From: an uncultured virus (IMG/VR IMGVR_UViG_3300028591_000145)
Taxonomy: Duplodnaviria > Heunggongvirae > Uroviricota > Caudoviricetes
Virus record (IMG/VR): IMGVR_UViG_3300028591_000145
Direction: 5' to 3' (one strand)
DNA length: 64,000 bases
Position 1 is the stretch's first letter. Each line of letters starts with the position of its first letter. The notes under the pieces are model-generated. The model did no database searches, was not told where the DNA came from, and worked only from the letters and a program-made list of their open reading frames with translations. Both the position numbers and the translations under genes were made by a program. Of this stretch, positions 30,328-39,009 are shown in pieces.

Positions 30328-30765
30328 TTAATTTCCTTTACGTCTTTGCTGACTGTCATCGAGTTTCTTCGGTTCTAAAATTTCAGCAATACGTTTTTCA
30401 AACTCTTCCCGTGTAACATATTCAGGTTGTTGTTGAGCCTGAATCTGTGGCTCTGTATGCGCTTGCTGTGTGCGTTCCGTATAATCAAATATTCTTAACG
30501 GCAACGGCATACCGCTTGCATCTGCCGACTTAATGTAGAACACATTTGCATTGCTATCCATAAGCATTACGCTCTGACCGGGAGCAACGCCATAACTTCT
30601 AGCAGAACTTTCACCGTCAACCCAATTAAAAGGATTGGCGTTCACTTGTTGTGTTTGTGGTTGTTGTATTTGCATTTGTGGAATAGTTTGTTGAACTGGT
30701 TGTTGAATTTGCTGTACTGGATATACTGGTTGGTATCCGGTTGGGTAATAATTGTAATTCATCAT
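30328..30765 (-). CDS. Cassette protein with Gln/Pro-rich linkers
   Basis: WVDGE..A..Y.V.PG..V.LMDS...FYIKSAD.SG core; YVTREEFE tail. Confidence 0.75.
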   Translation of the reverse strand: MMNYNYYPTGYQPVYPVQQIQQPVQQTIPQMQIQQPQTQQVNANPFNWVDGESSARSYGVAPGQSVMLMDSNANVFYIKSADASGMPLPLRIFDYTERTQQAHTEPQIQAQQQPEYVTREEFEKRIAEILEPKKLDDSQQRRKGN

Positions 30766-31142
30766 TTATCGCCTTTCGCAAATAGATATGAAATTACTTC
30801 TCTGCCAGAATCCCATGAATCAAAGTAACTTCCGTCTATCGAAGTGACTACATGTGACCCTGTAGCTAGCACGTATATGCCTTTAGTATGATCGTTACAA
30901 AAATCAGAAATGGTATAGCAATATGGACATGTATTTGGTAACGCAAATCTTTGAAACCCATTTTGCATCAGATATGTTCCCCATACATGGTTAGCTGATG
31001 GCATATCTTTCATTGCGAAGCCTAGAAGCATGAGGTCTAAATACACATCATCCCAAGTCATATCACAGGCTTTTGTTAATGCACGAATAACGCAATCGCC
31101 TATATTTGAACCTTTTGGGTTTGGATTATAAAAAATATACAT
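30762..31142 (-). CDS. Cassette protein, putative papain-fold cysteine peptidase
   Basis: NP...GDCVIRA...H...DG..FDSWDS (Cys-His-Asp order). Confidence 0.65.
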   Translation of the reverse strand: MYIFYNPNPKGSNIGDCVIRALTKACDMTWDDVYLDLMLLGFAMKDMPSANHVWGTYLMQNGFQRFALPNTCPYCYTISDFCNDHTKGIYVLATGSHVVTSIDGSYFDSWDSGREVISYLFAKGDK

Positions 31143-31216
31143 ATGCCCTGCCCCTTATATGCAGTATTATATTGCATATATAAAAAATATAAAATAAACT
31201 AAAAGTATATTTTTCG

Positions 31217-31519
31217 TCATTCATCATCTTTGTGTATCGTAATGATTTCTTCACATTTGTACGCAATTTTCTTAGATGAAGTTGTAGATATATCTAGCAA
31301 CTCTGCTATTTCTTCAAATGTTTTTCCTTCACAAAAACGTAATTCAGCAACTTCTTTTTGCCTTGCGTTTATAATCCATTCATTGATGATTTTATTGACT
31401 TTAGAAATAGAAATACCGAAATATATTGGATGTTTCTTTCTTTTCTTAGTTTGTTTGTTCGAAATATTTTTAATGTCCATTGCTTCACTCCTGTTTTTAT
31501 AATAAAAAATAAAAAACAC
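31217..31519 (-). CDS. Sigma-70 region-4-like HTH regulator
   Basis: RFCEGKTFEEIAELLDISTTSSKKI. Confidence 0.7.
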   Translation of the reverse strand: MFFIFYYKNRSEAMDIKNISNKQTKKRKKHPIYFGISISKVNKIINEWIINARQKEVAELRFCEGKTFEEIAELLDISTTSSKKIAYKCEEIITIHKDDE

Positions 31520-31543
31520 CCCTCACAGTTTTTATGAGGGGTT
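31510..31543 (-). terminator. Terminator upstream of the cassette
   Basis: CCCCTCA-loop-TGAGGGG followed by a T-run. Confidence 0.65.
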
Positions 31544-31737
31544 AAGTCATTTGCATATTCAATTATATATTACAAACAAATTGAGGTATGTTTCTTTCGC
31601 AATCTTCAACGATGTATTCATCGTTCGCGTTTATAACTTCTAAATAATCATACATAGCATCATAAAGCATTTCTTTATATACTTCTTCTCGCCCGTATTT
31701 AACGGACAATTCAATAATTCTATTTAATTCATATATA

Positions 31738-32082
31738 TCATCCATCTTGCGTTTCTTCTTCCTCTGTGTAACCACTTCCCTCAATAAATACCGGAACGCT
31801 ATTAGTAGTGATTCTATCGCCACCATATACTGATACATAAATATATCCACTGTTCGCCAATACTTCAAACGGAATAAAACACATTCCATCGGAAATAGCA
31901 ACTTCGTGCTTAATATTCTGTTCATTTACAAATACGGCAGTTTTTGTATCAATACTATCCCAATCATCTGTAGTAAACTCAAATGAAGCAAGTAGATAAT
32001 TTTTTGAACCTGCGACTGGAATAAAAGTATCCGTCCTAGTCAAAGATTGATTGATTACTCTAAAATTTAATTGTGCTATCAT
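31738..32082 (-). CDS. Tail-associated protein, BppU N-terminal-like
   Basis: NYL...F.F..DW....KTAVF...C.IP.EVL...G...VSV.G...ITTN. Confidence 0.65.
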   Translation of the reverse strand: MIAQLNFRVINQSLTRTDTFIPVAGSKNYLLASFEFTTDDWDSIDTKTAVFVNEQNIKHEVAISDGMCFIPFEVLANSGYIYVSVYGGDRITTNSVPVFIEGSGYTEEEETQDG

Positions 32083-32097
32083 TTATACATTCCTTCA

Positions 32098-32301
32098 TTA
32101 TTCAACTGCGTCAACAAATTCCTGTGCGTAATCCATAAGTTCATTTGCAAGATTTTTAGTTTCACTTGCTGTAATAACTCGATCAATACGTTTATTGTCA
32201 GAAGTAACTTTCCCAGAGTTCTCGTCAATTTCTGAATATGTAATGCTCATTCTCATTCCAACTGCGTCATTAAATACTGTCATTGATGTAACTGTTTTCA
32301 T
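32098..32301 (-). CDS. Small hypothetical tail-module protein
   Basis: G.R.S.TYSEIDE..G....N.R motif. Confidence 0.65.
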   Translation of the reverse strand: MKTVTSMTVFNDAVGMRMSITYSEIDENSGKVTSDNKRIDRVITASETKNLANELMDYAQEFVDAVE

Positions 32302-35300
32302 TATATTGTCCTTTCTTCATAAAGTTTTTCAATATGTAATAATGCTGCATCGCTATAGTTAAAATCAGTTTTTTCTTTATCTCTCAAATAATCTTCTGAT
32401 TCTGTTATATATCCTATGTTATTTCCGGGATCATGAAAACGCATTGTGTGAGAGTTGAGCCTACTATGTTCCCAATCAACTTGTTTTGCTTTTAGTTCCC
32501 ATCCAAAATGCATTCCCGGTGTGCCACGGACAATAAAATAGAATTCATTTCTTTCTGAGATGTAACATTCGCCATTTCCATATTTTTGCAAAAATACTTG
32601 GTAATCACTTGTTTGAATTGTTTCATAAATAAATGGTTCAATCGTAATATAGCAATTCCCATCTTCATTAATGATACCTTCGCCAATATCTCCAAACAAA
32701 GGACTAGATGTTTCATAACAATAATATGTTCTTGTATCATAATTTTTAGTTTGAATTATCCTTGGCTTTTTTCCATTTACTGTAAAATTACCAGTTACAT
32801 CGACTCCGCTTGAACTGATGTGTATTTCTTTACTTCCTACTTTAAAAAACATATCAGTATTATATGATGATGAACTTTCAAGCATTATGGTCTTATTAAC
32901 ATTTGTGCTTATCCAACCGCAATAAAATCTTCCTATTGTTGTGCTATTAGCTTTCACAATAAGTTGACCATTGTCTAAAATAATAGCTTGTGGTAATTGC
33001 CCGGATACACTTGATTTATTCGTTATTGTCCCGTTAAGTGTCGCTTTCGTAGCAGTTAAATTACCAGAAGTATCAACTTTAAAAACACCTCTTCCAATAT
33101 TGATACTTCCATAATTCATTGTAAGTTTTCCACCAGCTACATCAAATACAACATCTTGATCACTGCTTTGTATTTTACCTGTCGTGATACAACCGCCAGA
33201 TATAGTTGTTGTTCCATCCTTCAAGCTTGTTTTTGTAGCGTAACTAGAAAGGCTAGTTTCTTTAGCATAACCATCTAATGCGCCTACTTTTAATACACCA
33301 GATAAATCTAAATGCGATGCACTTATTGTGCCTGTAGTAATATTAGCACCATGTATTTCTGTTTTTCCACTAGTTTTTAAATTGTCAATAGTAACATAGC
33401 CATTTAGTTTTGCATTAGTAGCATATCCTGAAATCGAAGGGCTACCAGTAATTGTAACACTTTTTAATTCAGCAGACCCGTCAGTATTTACAATAAAGTT
33501 ATTACCAATATTGATAGAGCCTCTGTTCATAGTGAGAGTACCGTTTGTTAAATCAAAAACGACATTTCCATTTTTTCCAGTAATAGAACCTGTTGTAATA
33601 CAACCACCACTTATAGTAGTGGTTCCATTAGAAAGACTATCTGTAGTCGCATAAGCAGAAAGACTAGTTTTTGTAGCATAACCATCTAATGCACCTACTT
33701 TTAATACACCAGATAAATCAAGACGTTCAGCAGATATTGTTCCAGTTGTTATATTCCCACCATTGATTGTGGTTCCATTAAGTGTTTTTAGATTATCTTT
33801 TGTAGGATAGTTGTTTAATGCACCTACCTTTAATACACCAGACAAATCTAAACGCGCAGCAGCTATAGTTCCTGTTTGAATGCGATTTCCACTAATTGTA
33901 GTAGAACCATTGTCACCTATATCAGCAGGTTTTAAATAACCTGTAATAGTAGCTGATTTCATAGTGACAGTGCCATCTTTGTCCACCTTAAAATTCTCGT
34001 TTGAGCCAATGGTAATACTGCCTTTTTTTAAAGTAACATTACCGTCATCATCAACAATAAAGCTACCTCTACCTAAATCAATTCCACCTTTTTTTATGTT
34101 AATGGTTCCATCTGTAAGGTTAATCGAAAAATTAGGATAATTAACACTGTCCTGCGATTGCAATGTACCTGCTTTAATTAAATCTGCATTGATTGAGCCA
34201 GTTTTAATTCGACTACCACTAATAACTGTAGAACCTTCATCGTCAACATCTGATGCTGTAAGGTAATTGACATCTAATTTATCTGCTGTAATTGTTCCAG
34301 AAGCAATATTATCAGCAGTAATTGTTCCAGTTGCAATTTCACTGGCAGTAATTGTTCCTGTGGCTATTTCATCAGATGTAATAGTTTTTGCAGCAATCTG
34401 ATCGGCAGTAATGGTTCCAGTTGCAATTTCGTTCGCAGTAATTGTTTCAGATGCAATCTGGTTAGCTGTGATAGTATTTGACGCAATATTATCTGCTGTA
34501 ATTGTTTTTGAACCGATTTCCCTAGCAGTGATAGTGCCAGTTTCTATGTTTGCACCATTAATTATCGTAGCACCTGCTGTTTGCAAAGCAGTAAACGTAG
34601 CATATGCATTTAGATTTACCTTATTTGCATTTACAACTACGTTTCCAGTGGCTCCGTTGATCGCATTGATTGTTGCATCACCGTCTAAAGTAATTCTATC
34701 TGCGTTAATCCGTACCCCTGATTCAAATATCTGGTCATTGATTGTCGCTATTATAGATGCTTTAGACGTATACTTTGTATTCGCATCTATTTCTCTTGAA
34801 CCAGTTACTTGTAGATTTATTTGACTAGGTAATTGCTCAATAAAGGAATTATATGTATTCTGCGTCCAATTATTAAATGCGCTGTCGTCCGTGTATTTAC
34901 TAGCTTTCTTCCAGTCATCAATATTGCAATCTCCCGTTAATCGAGTAGCATTGCAAAATAGTATTTCGCCTGTATCACCTTGCATCCAAGCATCACCGCT
35001 ATAATAAGGTGGAGTCGGCTCAGAAGTAAATATACGCCCTTTAGTCGCAGGTTTCCAGTCTGACGCATTGAATGAGCCAATCGCTCTACTCACTGTACAT
35101 ACATATAATACATTGTCACGAATCCAAAAATCATTGGCTAAATATGGTACAGTCGGTTGTACTGTCCATACTTGTGTTTTCGTAGCGACTGTCGATGTAA
35201 TGCTTGATATTGTACTATTTGTTGTCTGCTCAAATGTATTCACTTCAGACTTAAATGTATCAATATTGCCATTGATTCCTACGATATCTGTTTGTAATGA

Positions 35301-35513
35301 TGATATTTGCTGCGAATGCCTGTCTATAGAATTCTCAGAACTATTCAATCGACTTGTAACGGTTTTGCTTTTATCTTCGTACTCTTCTATATCTGATTCG
35401 GATATCAAATAGCTGATTTTCCCGTTTACAACATTAAATTGCGTGTCCTGAGAACTAAACTTATTCGCTATGGCAGCATCTTGATAAAGATTAGTCTCTT
35501 TCTCAAATCTCAT
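32301..35513 (-). CDS. Tail fibre with internal repeats
   Basis: Coiled coil, P.PPY..GD.W units, ~10-aa TITA..IA.G repeats, three LDLSGVLKVGAL repeats, C-terminal YCYET..P.FGDIGEG domain. Confidence 0.85.
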   Translation of the reverse strand: MRFEKETNLYQDAAIANKFSSQDTQFNVVNGKISYLISESDIEEYEDKSKTVTSRLNSSENSIDRHSQQISSLQTDIVGINGNIDTFKSEVNTFEQTTNSTISSITSTVATKTQVWTVQPTVPYLANDFWIRDNVLYVCTVSRAIGSFNASDWKPATKGRIFTSEPTPPYYSGDAWMQGDTGEILFCNATRLTGDCNIDDWKKASKYTDDSAFNNWTQNTYNSFIEQLPSQINLQVTGSREIDANTKYTSKASIIATINDQIFESGVRINADRITLDGDATINAINGATGNVVVNANKVNLNAYATFTALQTAGATIINGANIETGTITAREIGSKTITADNIASNTITANQIASETITANEIATGTITADQIAAKTITSDEIATGTITASEIATGTITADNIASGTITADKLDVNYLTASDVDDEGSTVISGSRIKTGSINADLIKAGTLQSQDSVNYPNFSINLTDGTINIKKGGIDLGRGSFIVDDDGNVTLKKGSITIGSNENFKVDKDGTVTMKSATITGYLKPADIGDNGSTTISGNRIQTGTIAAARLDLSGVLKVGALNNYPTKDNLKTLNGTTINGGNITTGTISAERLDLSGVLKVGALDGYATKTSLSAYATTDSLSNGTTTISGGCITTGSITGKNGNVVFDLTNGTLTMNRGSINIGNNFIVNTDGSAELKSVTITGSPSISGYATNAKLNGYVTIDNLKTSGKTEIHGANITTGTISASHLDLSGVLKVGALDGYAKETSLSSYATKTSLKDGTTTISGGCITTGKIQSSDQDVVFDVAGGKLTMNYGSINIGRGVFKVDTSGNLTATKATLNGTITNKSSVSGQLPQAIILDNGQLIVKANSTTIGRFYCGWISTNVNKTIMLESSSSYNTDMFFKVGSKEIHISSSGVDVTGNFTVNGKKPRIIQTKNYDTRTYYCYETSSPLFGDIGEGIINEDGNCYITIEPFIYETIQTSDYQVFLQKYGNGECYISERNEFYFIVRGTPGMHFGWELKAKQVDWEHSRLNSHTMRFHDPGNNIGYITESEDYLRDKEKTDFNYSDAALLHIEKLYEERTI

Positions 35514-35535
35514 TTCTAATCACCTATAGATTTAA

Positions 35536-35682
35536 TTATTCATCTTCAATATAAGGTTCTCCAACAATCAATTCATATTCCTCTTCCGTAATCCATTCTT
35601 TTGTTACAGCATCATGAACCATTTGCTTATTCCACGATCCATTATCATAATTCTTTTTAACTCTATTATACTTCTTGCTCAT
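35536..35682 (-). CDS. XkdX-family small protein
   Basis: Read by hand: MSKKYNRVKKNYDNGSWNKQMVHDAV.K.WITEEEYELIVGEPY. Confidence 0.8.
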   Translation of the reverse strand: MSKKYNRVKKNYDNGSWNKQMVHDAVTKEWITEEEYELIVGEPYIEDE

Positions 35683-35827
35683 AATCATCATCCTCCGATG
35701 GAATATCAATATCACTCATCATAGCTAAATAATCAATCAGCCCTGACTGCATTTCAATAGTTGCAGACATAATTTCCATTTCTTTTTGTGTGCGGATTGG
35801 CACTATATTTCTTTTAACTGTTGCCAT
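35666..35827 (-). CDS. Small tail-fibre-associated protein (53 aa)
   Basis: Read by hand: MATVKRN...IDYLAMMSDIDIP; typical xkdX neighbour. Confidence 0.65.
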   Translation of the reverse strand: MATVKRNIVPIRTQKEMEIMSATIEMQSGLIDYLAMMSDIDIPSEDDDYEQEV

Positions 35828-35831
35828 ATTC

Positions 35832-36857
35832 TTATCTCCATAAACTTTCGTAATAATTGTCCATACGTTTCAATAATTTGTATGAATTGCCAAAGCTAGC
35901 ATTTTCTTTCCAACATCTGTAACATTCATCTATTTTACTTTTAGCTATTAATCCTAACTTCGATTTTTTTACCATCTTTTTTAATTTTCTCTTTTCATGT
36001 TTAACATTATCTCAGTTTAAACTTTTAATAATTTTACCAGAGTTTGTAATCCTGTATATAAAGCCTAAAAACAGAAAACCATCTCTCAATGTTTTGATAT
36101 GTGTTTTCTTTTTATTAATGTTTAATTTGATCTTAATTAATTCATTTTCTATTTGAGTGAGGATATTACATAACTCATTATAGTCATTATGTAAAATTAA
36201 TATGTAATCCATATAACGGATATAATATTTCACATGAAGTTGTTCTTTGATATAGTGGTCTATTCTATCGAGAAATGAAATACCTGCAATTTAAACCATC
36301 TGACTGCCCGGATTATAACCTGTATCGCCAGTATATTGAGTATCAAGCACATCAATTGTCATTTCGTATATATCGCTATCTAATTTCTCTTTAAAACATT
36401 TCTTTACTTCCGCATGATCCATACTTTGATAATATTTTTCAATATCAATCTGTAAAACATAACCTTCTATACCGTATTTACTATAATAGCGTTGTATAAA
36501 AGTTGTTAAACGCTGTCTTGCAAAACTTGTGCCTTTTCCATTTTGACAAGCACAATTATCATAAATAAATGAATTCGTCATTTTAGGGTATAACTCATTA
36601 TCATTTAAACTTCTTTGATACACCCTATCTTTAAATGATATAGCAAGACCTTGACGCTTCTTAGGATATGTAATTAGAATTTCATGTGGTTTACCATTTG
36701 TCCATGTTCCACTTTTAAGACTTTCTTCCATTTTTAAACACTCTTCGATTCCATTTAACGTAAAGTGCTTAGTCGAAGTTTTCCACAATACATTCTTTTT
36801 ACATTTATTCATTGAATCGTATAAGTTTTCAAAATCTACTATTTCTTCTCTTTTCAT
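35832..36857 (-). pseudogene. DGR reverse transcriptase with two in-frame stops and YMDY in place of YxDD
   Basis: Single frame of 342 codons: PKKR, FKDRVYQ, ACQNGKGT, LQIDIEKYY, GSQMV*IAG (TAA 36291-36293), YIRYMDY (36204-36215), GFLFLGF, LN*DNVK (TGA 36012-36014). Confidence 0.9.
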
Positions 36858-37014
36858 TTTATAAAAATCTCTTGTAACTAATCGAATCATGCTTAATATA
36901 AGTCCACCGCGAAACAAGAGTATTGTTTAGCTTTTCAGCAGGGAGTATAGGCTCCTTGTGTTCTAATTTTAACAATATAAATACAATTCTTGTATTCTGA
37001 TATATTGCTGTATG

Positions 37015-37140
37015 ACACAATCGGCTCGACCCTATTCGCGTTCGAAGCGTTGTTGTTGTTGACGTTGCCACTGGAATTGACATTCCAAGTGTTATTCGCG
37101 TTGCCACGATTAGCCGACCGCAAACGGACGTTCTGAGCAG
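37015..37140 (-). repeat. DGR template repeat (TR)
   Basis: AAC/AAT-rich 126-bp copy of 37661-37789, between avd and RT. Confidence 0.95.
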
Positions 37141-37163
37141 TTAGCCTATATCCCATAGTAGTA

Positions 37164-37595
37164 TTATTCTGCTAATTTTCTATATCTTTCACGATCAGAT
37201 TCGTGCCACTTCTGAATCAAGTTTCTGGTTTTAATTGTTAACTCAGCCCAATATTTTGACTTCTTACATCTTAAATGATATAATCTTTTGGCTAAGTCAA
37301 TATAACACAATAATGTGTTGCAATTCACTATAGCCATTTTCTCATACTTTTCTCTAATAATCCAGTTATTTTTACTATCTGCTCTTATATGATTTGCAGT
37401 CCATGTATATCTATATACTGTCATAGCATTATTAATAATCTCTTGCGTAATCATAGAATAGTCTTGTTTAAAAATATTTGTATTAGAACAGATTTTTATT
37501 GTATGTAACGCTAATTCTTTTGCTGAATCGACTGCATAAAACATATTATTGGACGGAATATCTTTTATATGTCTTTCTCCTGCATTTACAGACAT
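37164..37595 (-). CDS. avd: DGR accessory variability determinant (Avd-like four-helix bundle)
   Basis: Basic helical 143-aa protein with AN.I...R and W........I.KW..SD..RY, between target and TR. Confidence 0.85.
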   Translation of the reverse strand: MSVNAGERHIKDIPSNNMFYAVDSAKELALHTIKICSNTNIFKQDYSMITQEIINNAMTVYRYTWTANHIRADSKNNWIIREKYEKMAIVNCNTLLCYIDLAKRLYHLRCKKSKYWAELTIKTRNLIQKWHESDRERYRKLAE

Positions 37596-37615
37596 TTAAA
37601 TAAAATCCTTTCTTT

Positions 37616-37641
37616 TCCGGTGTGAAAGCGTTCATACCGGA
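37616..37641 (-). promoter_or_regulatory. DGR hairpin/cruciform downstream of the VR
   Basis: TCCGGTGTGAA-AGCG-TTCATACCGGA: 11-bp stem with one mismatch and a 4-nt loop, 8 bp after the target stop. Confidence 0.8.
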
Positions 37642-37649
37642 TTGTTTGA

Positions 37650-38990
37650 TTAACCGATGAACACAAGCGGCTCGACCCTAGACGCGCCCGAAGCGCCGCC
37701 GTCGCCGCCGACGCTGCCACTGGAAAAGACAAACCAAGTGAGATACGCGTTGCCACGACTAGCCGACCGCAAACGGACGTGTTGAGCAGAGCTATGATTT
37801 TCAACAGCATACTGTTTTAAAATTTCATAGGTTTGAGATTGCTGCCATTTTGTATCGGTTCCGTTTAATTGTTTCCAATATTCATGCGTTTCACCTTCAC
37901 CACTAGCCTGAGGATTTATATACATTTGTTCGAGCGATATAAGGCCTACTTTATCATATGTAATATCGGCTTCACCACCGTCATTCACAGTATTTGTATA
38001 TGTTATATATTTAACTGGCTTAATGGACGCAATCAAAGAATTTGACATACCAGAAAGATATCCGGCTTTTTGTGTTAATTGATCCGGTGCAATATCCCAA
38101 TCATCTTGTGCGGTCCACCATTGTCCTTTAGGCAATGAAGAATTTAACCATTGACGTATAGCAGATGTTTTCCATCTATTCCATCCATAAGCCATTTCCT
38201 GAGTCGAATTAAGATTTCCAGTCCGTTGATTTAGTTTTTGAGTGCCAAGATTTGTTCCGTCAGCAGTAAATGTTGGAGTTACTGTTTCAAGAATAGTTTT
38301 TCCATCAGCAGAATATGCATATATCCTCCAATTTGATTTTGCTTGGTCTGGCGCGCCATAGCAACCTGCAATCCTTCCACCAACTGGCACATCTTCTGTA
38401 AGTGTGAACGATACTGTGTCACCTGCTAAAACATTATTCCCCCATGTAGATTCGATTGTAAAATAATACGTTCCTGCTGAAAGCCCATCCGGACACCTTA
38501 GAAATGCTCTTTGATGTGAAAACTGTATTCCAAAAGGAGTGGCATATTTATTTTGCAGCCACATACCTGATATTTGTATTCCACCTTCGGTTTCAACAGT
38601 TTCATAATGATTAACTCGCCAAGGATTATCGTATGAAGCATTATTATTTTCGACATCAACCCACGGGTCTGATATTTCAGTGCCTATAGGGTATTTATCA
38701 ATATTGCCTGTTCTTGCATCATTAACAATTTCTAGCCATTCAACAGATTCTTCTAATGCAGATACTCTTGCCGATAAAGTATCTACATTTGTATTGATTG
38801 TGTTAATTGCTGAAGCTACAGTTTGAGTTGAACCTGCTAAACTTGTTGCAGTATTCTGAACTGTATAAACACCAAAATCCTGCATACTAACCTGATATCC
38901 TTCTAATAAGTCAATTCCAAGAAGTTTATCTGTAGACGTTATTTGTTCACTTGTTTTAATAGGTAATTCAGTTATATTCTGGTCTGCCAT
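37650..38990 (-). CDS. DGR target protein, probable receptor-binding protein with C-terminal CLec-like (DUF6273-like) domain
   Basis: W..SAIRQWLNS, DKV.L.S..Q, RLRS, V...G, RVEPL C-terminal pattern; contains the VR. Confidence 0.88.
   Translation of the reverse strand: MADQNITELPIKTSEQITSTDKLLGIDLLEGYQVSMQDFGVYTVQNTATSLAGSTQTVASAINTINTNVDTLSARVSALEESVEWLEIVNDARTGNIDKYPIGTEISDPWVDVENNNASYDNPWRVNHYETVETEGGIQISGMWLQNKYATPFGIQFSHQRAFLRCPDGLSAGTYYFTIESTWGNNVLAGDTVSFTLTEDVPVGGRIAGCYGAPDQAKSNWRIYAYSADGKTILETVTPTFTADGTNLGTQKLNQRTGNLNSTQEMAYGWNRWKTSAIRQWLNSSLPKGQWWTAQDDWDIAPDQLTQKAGYLSGMSNSLIASIKPVKYITYTNTVNDGGEADITYDKVGLISLEQMYINPQASGEGETHEYWKQLNGTDTKWQQSQTYEILKQYAVENHSSAQHVRLRSASRGNAYLTWFVFSSGSVGGDGGASGASRVEPLVFIG
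37661..37789 (-). repeat. DGR variable repeat (VR)
   Basis: Differs from TR almost only at TR adenines; encodes the target C-terminus. Confidence 0.95.
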
Positions 38991-39009
38991 GTTTTTCTTC
39001 CTTTCTATA

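Larger units (their letters stand above)
35832..38990 (-). mobile_element. Diversity-generating retroelement cassette (target-VR, hairpin, avd, TR, RT)
   Basis: All canonical components are adjacent and co-oriented. Confidence 0.95.

Noticed and set aside
31563..31925. 120-aa ORF overlapping the BppU-like gene
   Set aside because: The 5' half is an alternative frame of 31738-32082; only the last ~59 codons (MDDIYELN...) may be a real small gene
35832..36857. Group II intron, retron or Abi-type RT
   Set aside because: Short RT with an SQ motif, no maturase or endonuclease domain, and adjacent avd and TR/VR identify it as DGR type
36935..37156. 73-aa Asn-rich ORF and overlapping 82-aa ORF (36859-37107)
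   Set aside because: These are translations of the DGR template repeat; TRs are commonly open because they copy a coding VR
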